The notes under the pieces are model-generated. The model was not told the DNA's origin, did not search any database, and worked only from the letters and a program-made list of their open reading frames with translations. A stretch of DNA of 64,000 bases, from NCBI RefSeq assembly GCF_009914755.1, contig NC_060928.1. The stretch is one strand, 5' to 3'. Shown here piece by piece: positions 29,723-44,339 of this stretch. How positions within the stretch are numbered: position 1 is the first letter of the stretch; each line of letters starts with the position of its first letter. Origin of the DNA: the human T2T-CHM13v2.0 reference genome, Homo sapiens. Position numbers and translations under genes: made by a program.

Positions 29723-30271
29723 TGTGATGGTTAATATTGAGTGTGAACTTGATTAGATTGAAGCATGCAAAGTATTGTTCCTCGGTGTGTCTGTGAGGGA
29801 ATTGCCAAAGAAAATTAACATTTTAGTCAGTGGACAGGGAGAGGTAGACCCACCTTCCATCTGGGTGGGCACCATCTAATCAGCTGCCAGTGCAGCCAGA
29901 ATAAAGCAGGCAGAAAAAGGTGGAATGAGCAGACTTGCTGAGTCTTCCCGCTTTCATCTTTCTCCATTGCTGGATGCCTCCTGCCGTCGAACATTGGACT
30001 CCAAGTTCTTCAACTTTTGGACTTCTGGACTTACACCAGTGGTTTGCCAGGGGCTCTTGGGCCTTTGGCCACAGGCTGAAGGCTGCACTGTTGGCTTCCC
30101 TACTTTTGAGGTTTTGGGATTTCCACTGGCTTCCTTGTTCCTCAGCTTGCACATGGCCTACTGTGGAACTTTACCTTGTGATTGTGTGAGTCAATGCTCC
30201 TTAATAAACTCCCCTTTATATATACAGTTATTCTATTAATTCTGTCCCTCTAGGGAACCCTAACTAATACA
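29723..30271 (+). mobile_element. MLT2A (HERVL) solo LTR
   Basis: TGTGATGGTTAATATTGAGTGT...AATAAA...CCCTAACTAATACA. Perfect TSD ctccc at 29718-29722 and 30272-30276. Confidence 0.93.
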
Positions 30272-31043
30272 CTCCCCATCTCTTTAAGTACAAATAGTTG
30301 TCATAAAATGATGCTTTTCAAGATGCAACATACAATTGTGTTCTTTTAAGAAAAAAGTATCATTTTCTGACTCAGAGGGTGGACTCCTAAAAAGTACCAT
30401 TTCTTTATTGTTCAGAAACTTTATAGCTATTTTCTTAATTTTATTAATTATAGTAACTGCATTATTAGACTTGAGAGCAGATAAAAGTCTCTATGTATTC
30501 CTTTTTTCTATATATAGTCATCCATAATAGCCTATTCTTTATTTCAGAAATATTAATGATTTTGAAAGAACATAAGAGCATAGAAATTGAACACTTTACT
30601 AGAATAAATGAGAAAAGCTGGTAAATTTTGGGACTGCACCTTTTTATGCCTACATTTCATGAAGTTACTATATACTTTCAAGCGTTTTTTCTCCTATATT
30701 TCATGACTGCAGCTTAAATAAGGATATGTATATGTTGCTGTCACTTGTTTATTTTAAAAGATGATAAAACTTGTCATGAGCTTCAATACTGTATATTATA
30801 ACTTACAATGTATTTCAGTGGCAAGAAAACACCCCACTCTCTTCCTGTCACCAAGTTGAGAGTCACTACATTCAGAAAACTTCTGATTGTGCAAGAGAAT
30901 GAAACTCTGTAACCCTTGTGTAATAGTAAGCATATGCTACTCATTATTAGGGCAGAAGTGCATTGTTTTATTTGGTGCTCAGCTCCATCCCTTGAGAAAT
31001 GGTTATATCCCTCTTTGAAACAGAAAGACATTGAAAGTCCTTA

Positions 31044-32014
<971 letters not shown>

Positions 32015-33093
32015 GAAAGCAGGGGGAGAATAAAAATTCAAACCCAAACATGATATTGTGTATTTGATTAAATAGTAATTATTTTATTTCTAGTCAGATA
32101 ACCATCCTTTTGTGCTTTCCTCTCCAACATCCATTCTATAAAGAAATTTTGCCTTGCCTGGTGCTTTTACAATTAAAACTGATGGATTTAGTACAGATTG
32201 TCCAAGTCATTTTATCTTTACTTACAATGAAAACCTACTGGGTGATGGAATGATGCTTTATAACACTAACAGTGCACTTCATTTGTAGTTATTAAACACA
32301 CAGCAGGCTCCTCACCACACTGACATTTGTTCCTCAGTCAAAGCTCCTGCATGACATGGCCCCACTGTGTAAGGTGCCATTTACTGAAAATGAGAATTTG
32401 GCTTGGGATAATTAATAAATGCCACGGTGTTCTCAAACAAATGCATAATTTGACATGTGAGAAATAAAATGCAAAAGGCAAGGACAAACAACACAAGCTC
32501 TCTTGCGTAGCATCTTAAAGTTTTGAAAGACTGAAGTGGACATCTGGCCCTGTCTTTTTTCTCAAAAGAAAAAGCCACATGAGAAACCACTGTGAAAAAC
32601 CCCAATAGATGATGAGATGGTATTAGTGTGGATGGTATTATCCCAAGAGACATAAGCTCCCCCATTACTAGACGGCAAATTCCACAGTGATAAAAGGCTC
32701 TATTACCTCTCACTTGCTGTGCAGCTTGACCTCTGTAAACCTCTCTCCTTACATCTGTGAAATGCATATAAAAAATTAATCTAGACTTTCCAAAGAGTAG
32801 CTGGCCAGACTAATGATGGGTGAGAGATTATTTTAAGAAATAATACCTGATGAACTTTTAAAAAATTCCATAATTTTTTTATTTTAATGTAAATTAGGAA
32901 GAAAAGAAAATTAGTCATACCATACCACTTATTTCAAAAATAACATTTTTAAAGAGGAGATTGAAGTGGAAATATTAGGTATGCATGAATTTAAAGGAAG
33001 TGATATAATAATAATACAGATTATCTACAGTTATGAAAAAAACACTATATTTGTACTTTCTGGCATTTTGAACACTTTCCGGCATAATAAAAG

Positions 33094-33322
<229 letters not shown>

Positions 33323-33424
33323 AGATAAAAGGTGTTGTTGTTGCTGTTATTATTGGTAGTGCTGGAGGTAGCAGTACCAATAGTAGTATGTGTAATAGTA
33401 GCAGTAAAAATAGTAGTTATAGGG

Positions 33425-33614
33425 TTTCTTTTCTTTCTTTTTCTTTTTCTTTTTTTTAGAAACAGGGTCTCTCATTCTCTATTGCGGTGGCATGATCATA
33501 GCTCACTGCATTCTGGAATTCCTGGCCTCAAGCAATTCTCCTCCCTCAGCCTCCTCAATGGCTTGGGACCACAGGTGTGCACAATCATGCCCAGCTATTT
33601 TGTGTGTTTTTCTT

Positions 33615-33645
<31 letters not shown>

Positions 33646-33764
33646 CTTTTTGTAGAGATGGGGGTCTCACAATATTGCTAGGCTGGTCTCAAACTCCTAG
33701 CCTGAAGTAATTCCCCTGCCTGGTGCTAGAATTACTTAAAGGCATGAGTCACTTGCACCTGGCT
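33425..33764 (-). mobile_element. AluJ with expanded T-rich middle linker
   Basis: catgatcatagctcactgc; tgtagagatggggg. Confidence 0.88.
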
Positions 33765-34939
33765 TTTTGTTTTGTTTTGTTTTCAGTTCTTTCTACCCAC
33801 TTCTTCCTTGAAAAACAAAAATAATCCTATCTCTTAAGAAAAAAATTTAAAGACAATATTTACACACTAAATACCTTCACATGTTTGATGACTCTCATTG
33901 CCGCCTTTATCTGCAACTCTAATTTGCTGACCCCACAGAGCTGCCACGCTATGCTACCATGGAGTTCAAATGAATGGTTAATTCACAGAGCTAATGTAAC
34001 TCAATAGAAGGATTAAAATGCTAAATAACATGATTCATAGACATAAACTTTTTAGTCCCAAAGTTTTTTGTCATCATTTCATTTGATGTTTATAATGAAA
34101 ATGTAAAAAGATAATAATAATAATAATATGCCCATTTAACAAATGTGAAAGAAGAGACCGGTTACCATTAAATGCATGACCAAAAATCACACAACTTGCT
34201 CTGGACAAAGAATTTTGTCTCAATTTAAGAGAAAAATACTAGAATTTATTTTGAATAAAAATATACATTTTTGAAGAATGGAAAGATTTTATATTTTAAT
34301 AGCAATTTTCCCTTTGAATTCAGTTTCTTTGACGCACAATAACATTTTATTTTGAAAATAAATGTCATACAACAGTGTGTGGTGTAAATACAGTTAGAGT
34401 GTGAAAATAATTTTCTTCTTTCAAGAGAAATGAAAATAAGCAATTAGAATACTTACATTTTATACTTCACAAGATTACTGGAGAACACATAAGCACACAC
34501 TTGAAATTAAACTCACATTAAAAATACTACCAATGACTTAATTTTTCTGTAATGAATTAAATTGCATAATGTTTTGCATCAGTGAGGAAATGACTGCTGT
34601 TTGAGACTTTTCTCCTTTGCTATACTATTGCTACATAACCTTTACTCATATTAACTAATACTGCCATTATTTTATCTTAAACTTGCCCCAACTAAGATGC
34701 AGGGATAATTTACTTGGTTTAGTTGAGAGTACAAAAGATTCATTCATGTACCTAAATTTCATTCTCCAGGAATAAGTTATGACTAGCATTTTTCTATGGT
34801 TTTAATCTGAGTGATAGTCCCTTGCTTAATCTGATTAATTCCTCCAGGACCACTCTTAAACTTACTGTTTGAGACACATTCAAGGGAGGGTCCCAAACCT
34901 TTCTATATTTGAAGATTATCTAGTTTTATATATTTCGTT

Positions 34940-34940
<1 letters not shown>

Positions 34941-34981
<41 letters not shown>

Positions 34982-34992
34982 GATAGATAGAT
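34941..34992. repeat. Tetranucleotide STR [TAGA]10 TGA [TAGA]2
   Basis: Direct reading. Confidence 0.97.
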
Positions 34993-35485
34993 CACAAACA
35001 GACAAATAGATTTTAAAAGTACTTAAGAATTTCATTACTTCATTTACACTGCAAACCATTTGTGTTTTCTGATGATATCTTTAGGCGACTTACTTCAGCA
35101 CATAAAGCCAGAAAGATATACCTTTTGAGAATAGAATCTTGAAATTGAAGTCACCTTTTCCATTTTCAAAGTTTGAATATCATTAAGCATTCACAGAACC
35201 TTAAGCAGATGTCATCAATTCATCCTCCTTTAAAGAAGAGTGGAACTAAATTATTGAACATAAAATATTAGCTTCTAAAGGACACACTTATAATCATAAA
35301 AACTACATTTTACTGTGTGACAACAATGCACTATACACAGTTCCAAGAATTTTACATGCAATAACTCCGTACAACAAATTAATGAAATAGGTATTCAACA
35401 TTTTGCAGATCTACATTTTACAAATATGATAAGTAGTACAATGTGGTTAAATAATTTACTTAATATTGCAAAATTAGGAAAGTCT

Positions 35486-36304
<819 letters not shown>

Positions 36305-36320
36305 AATAGGGACTTAATTA

Positions 36321-36644
<324 letters not shown>

Positions 36645-36649
36645 TTAAA

Positions 36650-36750
36650 ATGTCTGTTAAATTCTTGTTTTGTGCTAGGCACTATTCAAGGCCTTTGGGA
36701 AACATCAGTGAACAAAAAAATTAAAAATTTATTCTCATGAAATTTATATT
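36650..36750 (-). mobile_element. L2 3' fragment
   Basis: gtgctaggcactattc...catcagtgaacaaaa...ctcatgaaatttatatt. Confidence 0.55.
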
Positions 36751-38047
36751 TTTTTGGTTGGGGAACATGGGAATTTGAAGCCAGGTAGTCAAGTTTCAGA
36801 GGCCTCCTATGGTTATCCTATCTCTGAATAAATGTAATAAGTGTCGCCTTAATTTAAAGCTTACAAGTTGCATTTAAAAAGAAAGGTATTTTAAGCAGTA
36901 GAAATTTATATCTTATTAAAACACATTTACGATCCCCTATCAGTAAACAATCATAACCATATATTTAAACCCTGCTTTAATCTACTAATTTTTGTTTTGC
37001 TTTGCTTCTACAGAAGCAAGTACCAAGAGTAAAAGAAAGTAATTAAAAAAAATTATCTCTGGAACATATTTTAATATACATTTCTAATAAATGTACTTTA
37101 TTCAAATATACTATGTCATGGCATCTAAACCACTGATTTTCTGAAGACATAACATCCCATATTTTGAAAATAGGGAACAAGTGCATCGACCTTCTGATGA
37201 AACAAGAAAAGAATGCTGAGTTCAGTGCTCAGATATCATGAAAACACTGAAACACATCTTGCTGATAAATTGTATGAGATTACTATATTTTTAAGTATTA
37301 AAAAAGTGACAAAATTGTATCCTGCAGCAGTTACCTTATAGATCTTCCTCCTAGATATCCTGCAGACTTCATACATCATGGGAATTCAGCTTTAACTACA
37401 ACTAATTTTCTACGGATTTATCATTTTATTTTCATACAATGCTATCAAAATTGCTGTGTGTTGAAAAACTTACACTATTGAATAAATGGAAATTTATTTT
37501 ATGGAAGGAGAAGAAACTTTGATGGAAGATATATTCACGAAAAATATGGGAATAACACAAGTTATAAACAATTATAACTGAAGCTTTTCTCTCAGCGCAC
37601 ACAAGCTTACAGTCACTTGAAAATAATGCAATTCATTGTATTCAGTCATTAATCTTCAATTCAAAGTTTTTAGCTGAAACAGAAAAATGAAAAGAAAGAA
37701 AAAAGCAACCATAGATTTTCTTTTGACTGTTTTTCTCTGTAGAGGTCAGTAGTTTAAAAATGAGAAAAAGGAAACATATTTCCACAATAGTAGTAATCAA
37801 AATTTAACAGATGAGGTGACAAACATAATTTGTAAATGACTTTTTAAGTATATCTGACTTTTTATATAAACTTTTATAATGAATCTTTTAATTCCAAGGG
37901 AAGTTTATCCTTTTTCTTTTCTTTTTTTTTTTTTGGCAATATTTCTTAATGAGCCCTTATTATTGATCAAACACTATGGAGGATACTAGAGAAAAAAAAA
38001 AGGTAGGGAAATATTTGCAGTGTATATTTTGAGAGCTTAGTCTAGTA

Positions 38048-38234
38048 CAGTGATTGTAAACAGTGTGTATGGCAGGCATTTTGCAGTATCTGGAGAATTT
38101 GGCAGTATCTGGAGACATTTCTGCTTGTCACAGTTTGGGGAAAGGGAAGTTGCCATGAGCATGTACAAGTGGAAGCTAGGGATTGCAATTCAAGGTGAGG
38201 TTTGGGTGGGGACACAGAGACAGTCAAAACATAC
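38048..38234. mobile_element. MER20-like fragment fused to a short THE1/MST terminal fragment
   Basis: tttggcagtatctggagacattt...ttgtcacag (MER20-like) followed by caattcaaggtgaggtttgggtggggacacag. Confidence 0.6.
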
Positions 38235-38361
38235 TGCTTTCAAGAGTACATATACATATGTTTAGATAAAATTTTAATTAAGAATAAATATTTTACTTTA
38301 AAACTTTTCAAGAAATAGGTATCAAGAACCAGAAAAGGATCTGAGAACTTACCCTACTTCT

Positions 38362-38836
38362 TCTTTTTTTAACTTTTATTTTAAGTTCAGGGTTATACAT
38401 GCATTTGTGTTACATAGGTAAACTTTTGTCACGAGAGTTTCTTGTACAGATTATTTCATCACCCGGGAGGTATGAAGCCTAGTACCCGTTAGTCATTTTT
38501 CTCGATCCTCTTCTTCCTCCCACCCTCCACCCTTTGTTGGTTCCCAGTGTGTGTTGTTCCCGTCTATGTGTCCATGTATTCTCATCATTTAGCTCCCACT
38601 TATAAGTGAGAACATGCAGTATTTGGTTTTTTTGTTCCTGTGTTAGTTTGCTAAGGTTGGTCCCCGGCTCCATCCATGTCCCTGCAAAGGACATGAAAAT
38701 AATGAAACATTATCTAATTCTTTTTATGGCTGCATAGTATTCCATGGTGTATATGTAGCACATTTTCTTTATACAGTCTATCATTGGTGGACATTTAGGT
38801 TGATTCCGTGTCTTTGATATTATGAATAGTGCTACA
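38362..38836 (-). mobile_element. Older L1PA (PA13-15-like) 3' fragment
   Basis: tttaacttttattttaagttcaggg...gtacagattatttcatcaccc...tagctcccacttataagtgagaacatg. Confidence 0.9.
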
Positions 38837-38849
38837 AGCTAACAAATGT

Positions 38850-39296
38850 GGCTGTCACTGTTCCATGGATGATGGTAGAAAACATGAGACTCCTGGGTAA
38901 GAGATAAAGGACAGTTTATTACCCACAAAAATAGTAGTAGACAGAGTATTAGCATTTTCTTCACTCATTCTCAGAGGCTCAGTTCCCATAGGATGAGACA
39001 AAGAGGGTCAGATAGTCTGCTTAAAGGTGGGTTGTGTTCCCTGAATTTAGAGAACCCAAATCTTTTATAATGAACAGTGAGCATGCTTGTTCTTTGTGCC
39101 AGAAACGACTATATCTATCTTGAAAGACTGCTAGCAAATCTGCCCTTTGCTCCATACACGTGCACTCTCTCTCTCTCCCAAGGCTGTTCACTATATGAAC
39201 ATCTTGAAACTTTAGTCTAGGACAAAGTACAGTCATTACTTTAGGCTCACAAGATGTACAGAAACACGAGAAACTTATAAAAAATTGTCTCTCATA
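38850..39296 (-). mobile_element. LTR40-like ERVL solo LTR
   Basis: Reverse complement gagacaatt...tttctgtacatcttgtgagc...gtgaacagccttgg...ggagcaaagggcagatttg matches recalled LTR40 start. Confidence 0.7.
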
Positions 39297-40258
39297 GAAG
39301 CAAGTCAACACATCATTAATCCATTCTGTTTCATAGAAATACATAGAAATACAGGTGAATTTACTTTGCTAAATATTTAATTTTATATCAGGGATTATTT
39401 GAGGTATTTGGAAAAATTCTAGCTAATAATTCATTAAATACCTAATATCAATAATATTCTATGAAAAAATGTTGGAAATTTTGTTATTGATACAATCAAT
39501 ACATTTGGCAATGAATATCAAAACCTACATTTTGTTAGCTAAAACTCTTTTAAGAGATAAGCATAAATAAAATAGCTTAAGGTTAAGAAGTAAGCAGTGA
39601 TCTATAAGAAGAAAGAGTAAACAGTTGTCTCACCGAAACCCACAGCAAAGCCTGAAATATTGGAATAAAACAAGGAAATAAAAAACACTCTTCACACTTT
39701 CTTTATTTCTCAATTGTGTTCTCTTTGGATATTAGTTTCATGGCATCATTCTTTTCTCATTTATATGACACAGTATCTCTGCTTTTCCATTGTATTGATC
39801 AGGTGCAAGGTGAACACCTCACAATGTCCAGCTACAACAACCCAAAGACAGATCTAAACTCTCCATCCATACAAAAAAACCCAGATACCCATAGAAAATA
39901 ATGATTTAGCCCCTTGTTGGCTAATTGACTCTGCAGTGCTTAGAGATGTGGAATATGATGAGATGTAGTTTACACACTTCAAAATGAAATCCAAGGTGCC
40001 TACTCTGCAATTTTGTTGGTAGAGAAGAAGGGAACAAAAAGAGGCAGTCTTCAGAATCACAGAGTAGGCCAGACCTAACAATTGCCGTCTTCATATTTCC
40101 ATTATCCCTGTTAGTATGTAATAATTTTTTTATAATTTTAAACCTAGGAAGTAAAAATTGCCCTAACCTTACTACTATTAAAGAGGAAAAAAAGTTAGTG
40201 ATTTGCATCTTTTCTAGCCTAAGCGACATTCCCTGCCACAAAAAATTCTGTTGTCATT

Positions 40259-40448
40259 CTTTTATAATTATTTTTATTATTATTATACTTTAAGTTCTAG
40301 GGTACATGTGCACAACCTGTAGATTTGTTACATATGTATACATGCGCCATGTTGGTGTGCTGCACCCATTAACTCGTCATTTACATTAGGTATATCTCCT
40401 AATGCTATCCCTCCCCCCTCCCCCGACCACCTGGCAGGCCCCGGTGTG
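40259..40448 (-). mobile_element. Severely 5'-truncated L1PA (~190 bp)
   Basis: L1PA 3' UTR end. TSD tgtcatt at 40252-40258 and 40447-40453. Confidence 0.9.
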
Positions 40449-41668
40449 TCATTTTAAGTAACATAATATTATGTGACTTAGATACTCTCTCAGTCACAGA
40501 GTATAAATTAGTAACGATACCATCTAAAGTATAAAAAGTATTTTTCAATTTATAAAAATTTATTTTCATAATTGAAATAGTTTTGGTTTGTTTATTTGTT
40601 TTGGTCAGCCTGGGTGCTCAGTGATCAATTTGAGAATCTGAAAAAAAAATCACTATACACATAAAAATGTATCATATCATGCAATTTATAGAAGTACTAA
40701 AGCCTATTTATAGACTCCTTAGAATGCCATCAAATCTAAGATGAGAAATCTCACGTTATATTGGTATTTAAGCCCTATGAAAATAACATTGTCTGTCTCA
40801 TTCATTGCTGTAAGCCTAGACAGTAGCCATAATAATTATTATAGCTCATTTAATGGTTACTACATTCATGTTATAAAAGATTATGATTATTCACATTTTA
40901 TATCTGAGAAAGCTAAGGCTGAAATATATAAAGAAGATTAAATTGATTTTTTAACAAATTATTTAGATGTATAACTAGGCATATGCCATTTCAGGTAAAA
41001 ATTAAGATCACATGTTACATTGATAGTCTATTATTATGTTTGTAGATACATTTTTAGGTTATGAAATCAATATGTCCTTTATAATTCTCCAGTATGGTAA
41101 GATCATGCCTGATCAATTCACTTGTATGTTTCTTGGCAGTATATTAAGAATAAAATGGTCCACAATGAAACTGTAATATGGTAATAATCTATCTATACAT
41201 ATATATATGTAGTTGTTACCATGTCACCAGCCATTTACTCAATTAGTAAGCACATATTTAAAACAGTAGAAAAGTACTGCTAGGCTCAGTACTCTTGATA
41301 TCAAATATCCTCATCAAAATTCCCTTTTGTACAAAATATTAACTTACTTTTTAGTCCACTTCTGCTACTAAACAAAATTACTTACATGTTACAAATACTA
41401 TAATTCTAAAACAACAATTTCAAAATACATGATTCCAATTGTTACCATTCTCCAAACTTAAAAGCTACAGAATTTGCTTAACAAATGCACTTTATAATAT
41501 CATAGATGCTTACAAGATAAATGTTGGGCCATATTATACTCTGTTGAATTTAAATATGCATATAATATATTTGGGTACTTAATAGTCCCTTGTATACATA
41601 ACTGTCTCATTATTTGGCTTTTTGGGAATAGCAATATAACACAATACCATTGAAAGCCCTTACTTTGG

Positions 41669-41671
<3 letters not shown>

Positions 41672-41720
<49 letters not shown>
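41672..41720. repeat. Pure (TG)24 microsatellite
   Basis: Direct reading. Confidence 0.98.
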
Positions 41721-41723
<3 letters not shown>

Positions 41724-42754
41724 CATATATATACATTCAATTATAATTTCTGCTTTCTTATTGTTGCTTGTACTTAAATTCATTCCTTTATTTTAACCCC
41801 TCAAGCATAAATGGGAAATGTTGTCTCTCTTAAGTTTACTAACCTACTCTGCAAAATATAGCTGTCACATAAATTGTTCAGCTAGAGGAATAAAAGATGA
41901 AGTGAGTTTGGAGAAGTAGTGGACCTTAAAACGTACTTTTAATTTTAAATGACCTTAAAGCATACTTTTAATTTTGTGTCTCTGCTTTGCTTTTTAATTT
42001 CCTCTCATGTGATCATTGGTCCATTCAAAATTCCTGATGATGTTTTGATTACATTTGCTTAAGGATTAAGAACCTGTCTCACAGTTTAGTGGTTTGTCTT
42101 GCAATTTGATTGGAAAAACACAGAAACAAATAAACAAAACTAATAGCCTAACACACACACATTCCAGAGTTTGTTCAATTCTAGTAAGTAGATCCACCTG
42201 TCTACAGAAATATGTTTTCTTTATTTAGATATACATCATACCACCCAAATAAAATATTCTATTAAGGAATGACTTATCTGACATTTACACATAAATTGAT
42301 TATAAAAATCAAATATAGTTTTTACTAATGCAAAATTTAGGATAATTTTCTGGGAGATAAAAATGGAACTCACTATGTGATAGGTTGATTTCTACATGCT
42401 TTTATCCAGGTGAAGGGTTCATTTGGCAGTTAGATACATGGGAGAAAAAGGTCTGGGAAATTACAAAGAGTCAGTAACTAAGGAGAGAAAGACATTTAAA
42501 TTGAAAATAGAGAATGGATGAATATAAGCCCCTGCAGAAGAAATCGTATTTAAGAATCAGTGAGATTCTAAAATGTATTTTAAAATAGCAGCATAGTTGA
42601 ATAAGAAAGCACACATTTCTGGGAGTGAAGAAAAGCCATCGAAAGAAACTTTCAAGATTTGGCACAGACTTCAAATAGAATGCATAGTGAATAGGGATTG
42701 GCAGTTAGAGGATAATACAGCCTTAGCAAGAGTCTTTTCAGAGTTTGGAAGACT

Positions 42755-42858
42755 ACATTTAACGTTTCTTAGAAAGGTAAAAAGTCACTAACGAACCATT
42801 TGCTACCACATTTACCTTTTCACAGAAAGGTAAAATGTCACTAACGAACCATTCGCTA
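42755..42858. repeat. Two-copy 53-bp-period tandem repeat
   Basis: acattt...agaaaggtaaaa(a/t)gtcactaacgaaccatt(t/c)gcta occurs twice. Confidence 0.9.
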
Positions 42859-43418
42859 AGACACAGATGAGAATTCAAATCCTTCATGATGCCATCCTTG
42901 ATTCTTCCAGGATTCATTAATTCAAGAGAAGCGAGTGGCAGGAATGGGCTAGAAAATATAAAGTGCACAAGGGATAAAAGCCAAATAATTAAAGAAGATT
43001 ATTTTTACCCAAATTATCTTATTTCTCCAACACTATCAATTATCTGTATCAAATAATATAATTATACAGTTTATATATTGTTCAATAATATTTTGCACAT
43101 CAGCCTTCTCTTCACAAATAGATGGAGCTTTTTAAAGAAGAATTTATTTTTTCATTTATTATTAGGTACCCCCAAATCAATTGAAAATCTATCATAGGAT
43201 GGGTGCCAGTAGGATTTCTCCAAATTTGGACTAACGCTGTGAATATGAGACAGAAGAATACGGGACAAATGAAGCTGACATTATATAAACGATAATATAT
43301 AAATGAAGTTGAATTATAACTGAAATATAATTTAGAATTATGCAACCCAAACTGGAAAGTGAAAGACTCTTACATGCTAAACACTGTTTCGACAAAAAAA
43401 AATAATAATGATAAATGG

Positions 43419-43765
43419 TGATATGGCTTGGTTGTGTCTCCACCCAAATCTCATCTTGAATTGTAGCTCCCATAATCCCTACATCTTGTGGGAAGGACCT
43501 GGTGGGAAGTAATTGAATCATGGGAGTGGGTTATTCACTATCTCATGATAGTGAATAAGTCTCACAAGATCTGATGATTTTATAAAGGGCAGTACCCCTG
43601 CACACACTCTGGCCTGCTGCCACGTAAGACGTGCCTTTACTTCTCCTTCACCTTCCACAATGATTATGAGCCATGTGGAACTGTGAGTCCATTAAACCTC
43701 TTTTTCTTTATAAACCACCCAGTCTCTGGTATTTCTTCATAGCAATATGAAAATGGACTAATATA
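43419..43765 (+). mobile_element. THE1 (C/D-like) solo LTR
   Basis: tgatatggcttggttgtgtctccacccaaatctcatcttgaattgtagctccc...aaatggactaatata. TSD aatgg / aatga. Confidence 0.93.
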
Positions 43766-43849
43766 AATGACAAACAGTAGCAAACATAACCCCTGTCCCA
43801 CCAAAATTATAGTGATACAGAAATTTAGATAAGTAAATAAACAATTCTG

Positions 43850-44320
43850 ATAAAATGTTGTGATAATTATAATGAGGGAAGACAAGATACTGAGAAAGCA
43901 CACAGGAGACATATCTACCATGGATTTAGAAGTGGGGGGCTGGCTCAGGATTGGTCTGAGAAGACCATCTATTGGGAGTGGTAGCTAAAATAAGACCATA
44001 ATGGTAAATAGGATCTAGGCAGACAAGTGAATGGAGTGTGTGTGTGTATGTGTGTATTTCTGTGCATATATACAGTATGTGTAGAAAAGTGGGGTTTGCA
44101 CAGAGAATGTGCTAGGCAAAGGGGAGATTCTTGATGAAAGCATGTTAAGTGAGAGAGAATAAAGCATACTGATATATTAGTTCAGTATACCTGAGGTGAA
44201 TAATGTGAGGAGAAGAAGAATAAGAGATGATGCAAAATAGACTTCAGGAAAGACCCTGCAAAGTTTATTAGATAATTTTAAATTTCACTTTAAGGGTAAT
44301 GGAGTGTGATCAAATAGTTT
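43850..44320 (-). mobile_element. L2 relic
   Basis: Purine-rich, degenerate L2-like motifs (taggcaaagggga; ttaagggtaatggag). Confidence 0.4.
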
Positions 44321-44339
44321 ATATATATAGTTATATAGT

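Noticed and set aside
27231-30271. The two MLT2A LTRs as ends of one provirus
   Set aside because: Opposite orientation, different TSDs, and no internal ERVL sequence between them.
32381-32767. 128-aa ORF in non-repeat sequence
   Set aside because: No recognisable domain, exon structure or promoter, and the length is compatible with chance. Conservation cannot be judged here.
33332-33655. Hydrophobic ORF resembling a signal or membrane protein
   Set aside because: Produced by (GTT/GTA)n low-complexity sequence plus Alu poly-T.
42755-42858. Repeat-spacer-repeat with hairpin as CRISPR
   Set aside because: Only two units, and the apparent spacer is itself part of the duplicated unit.
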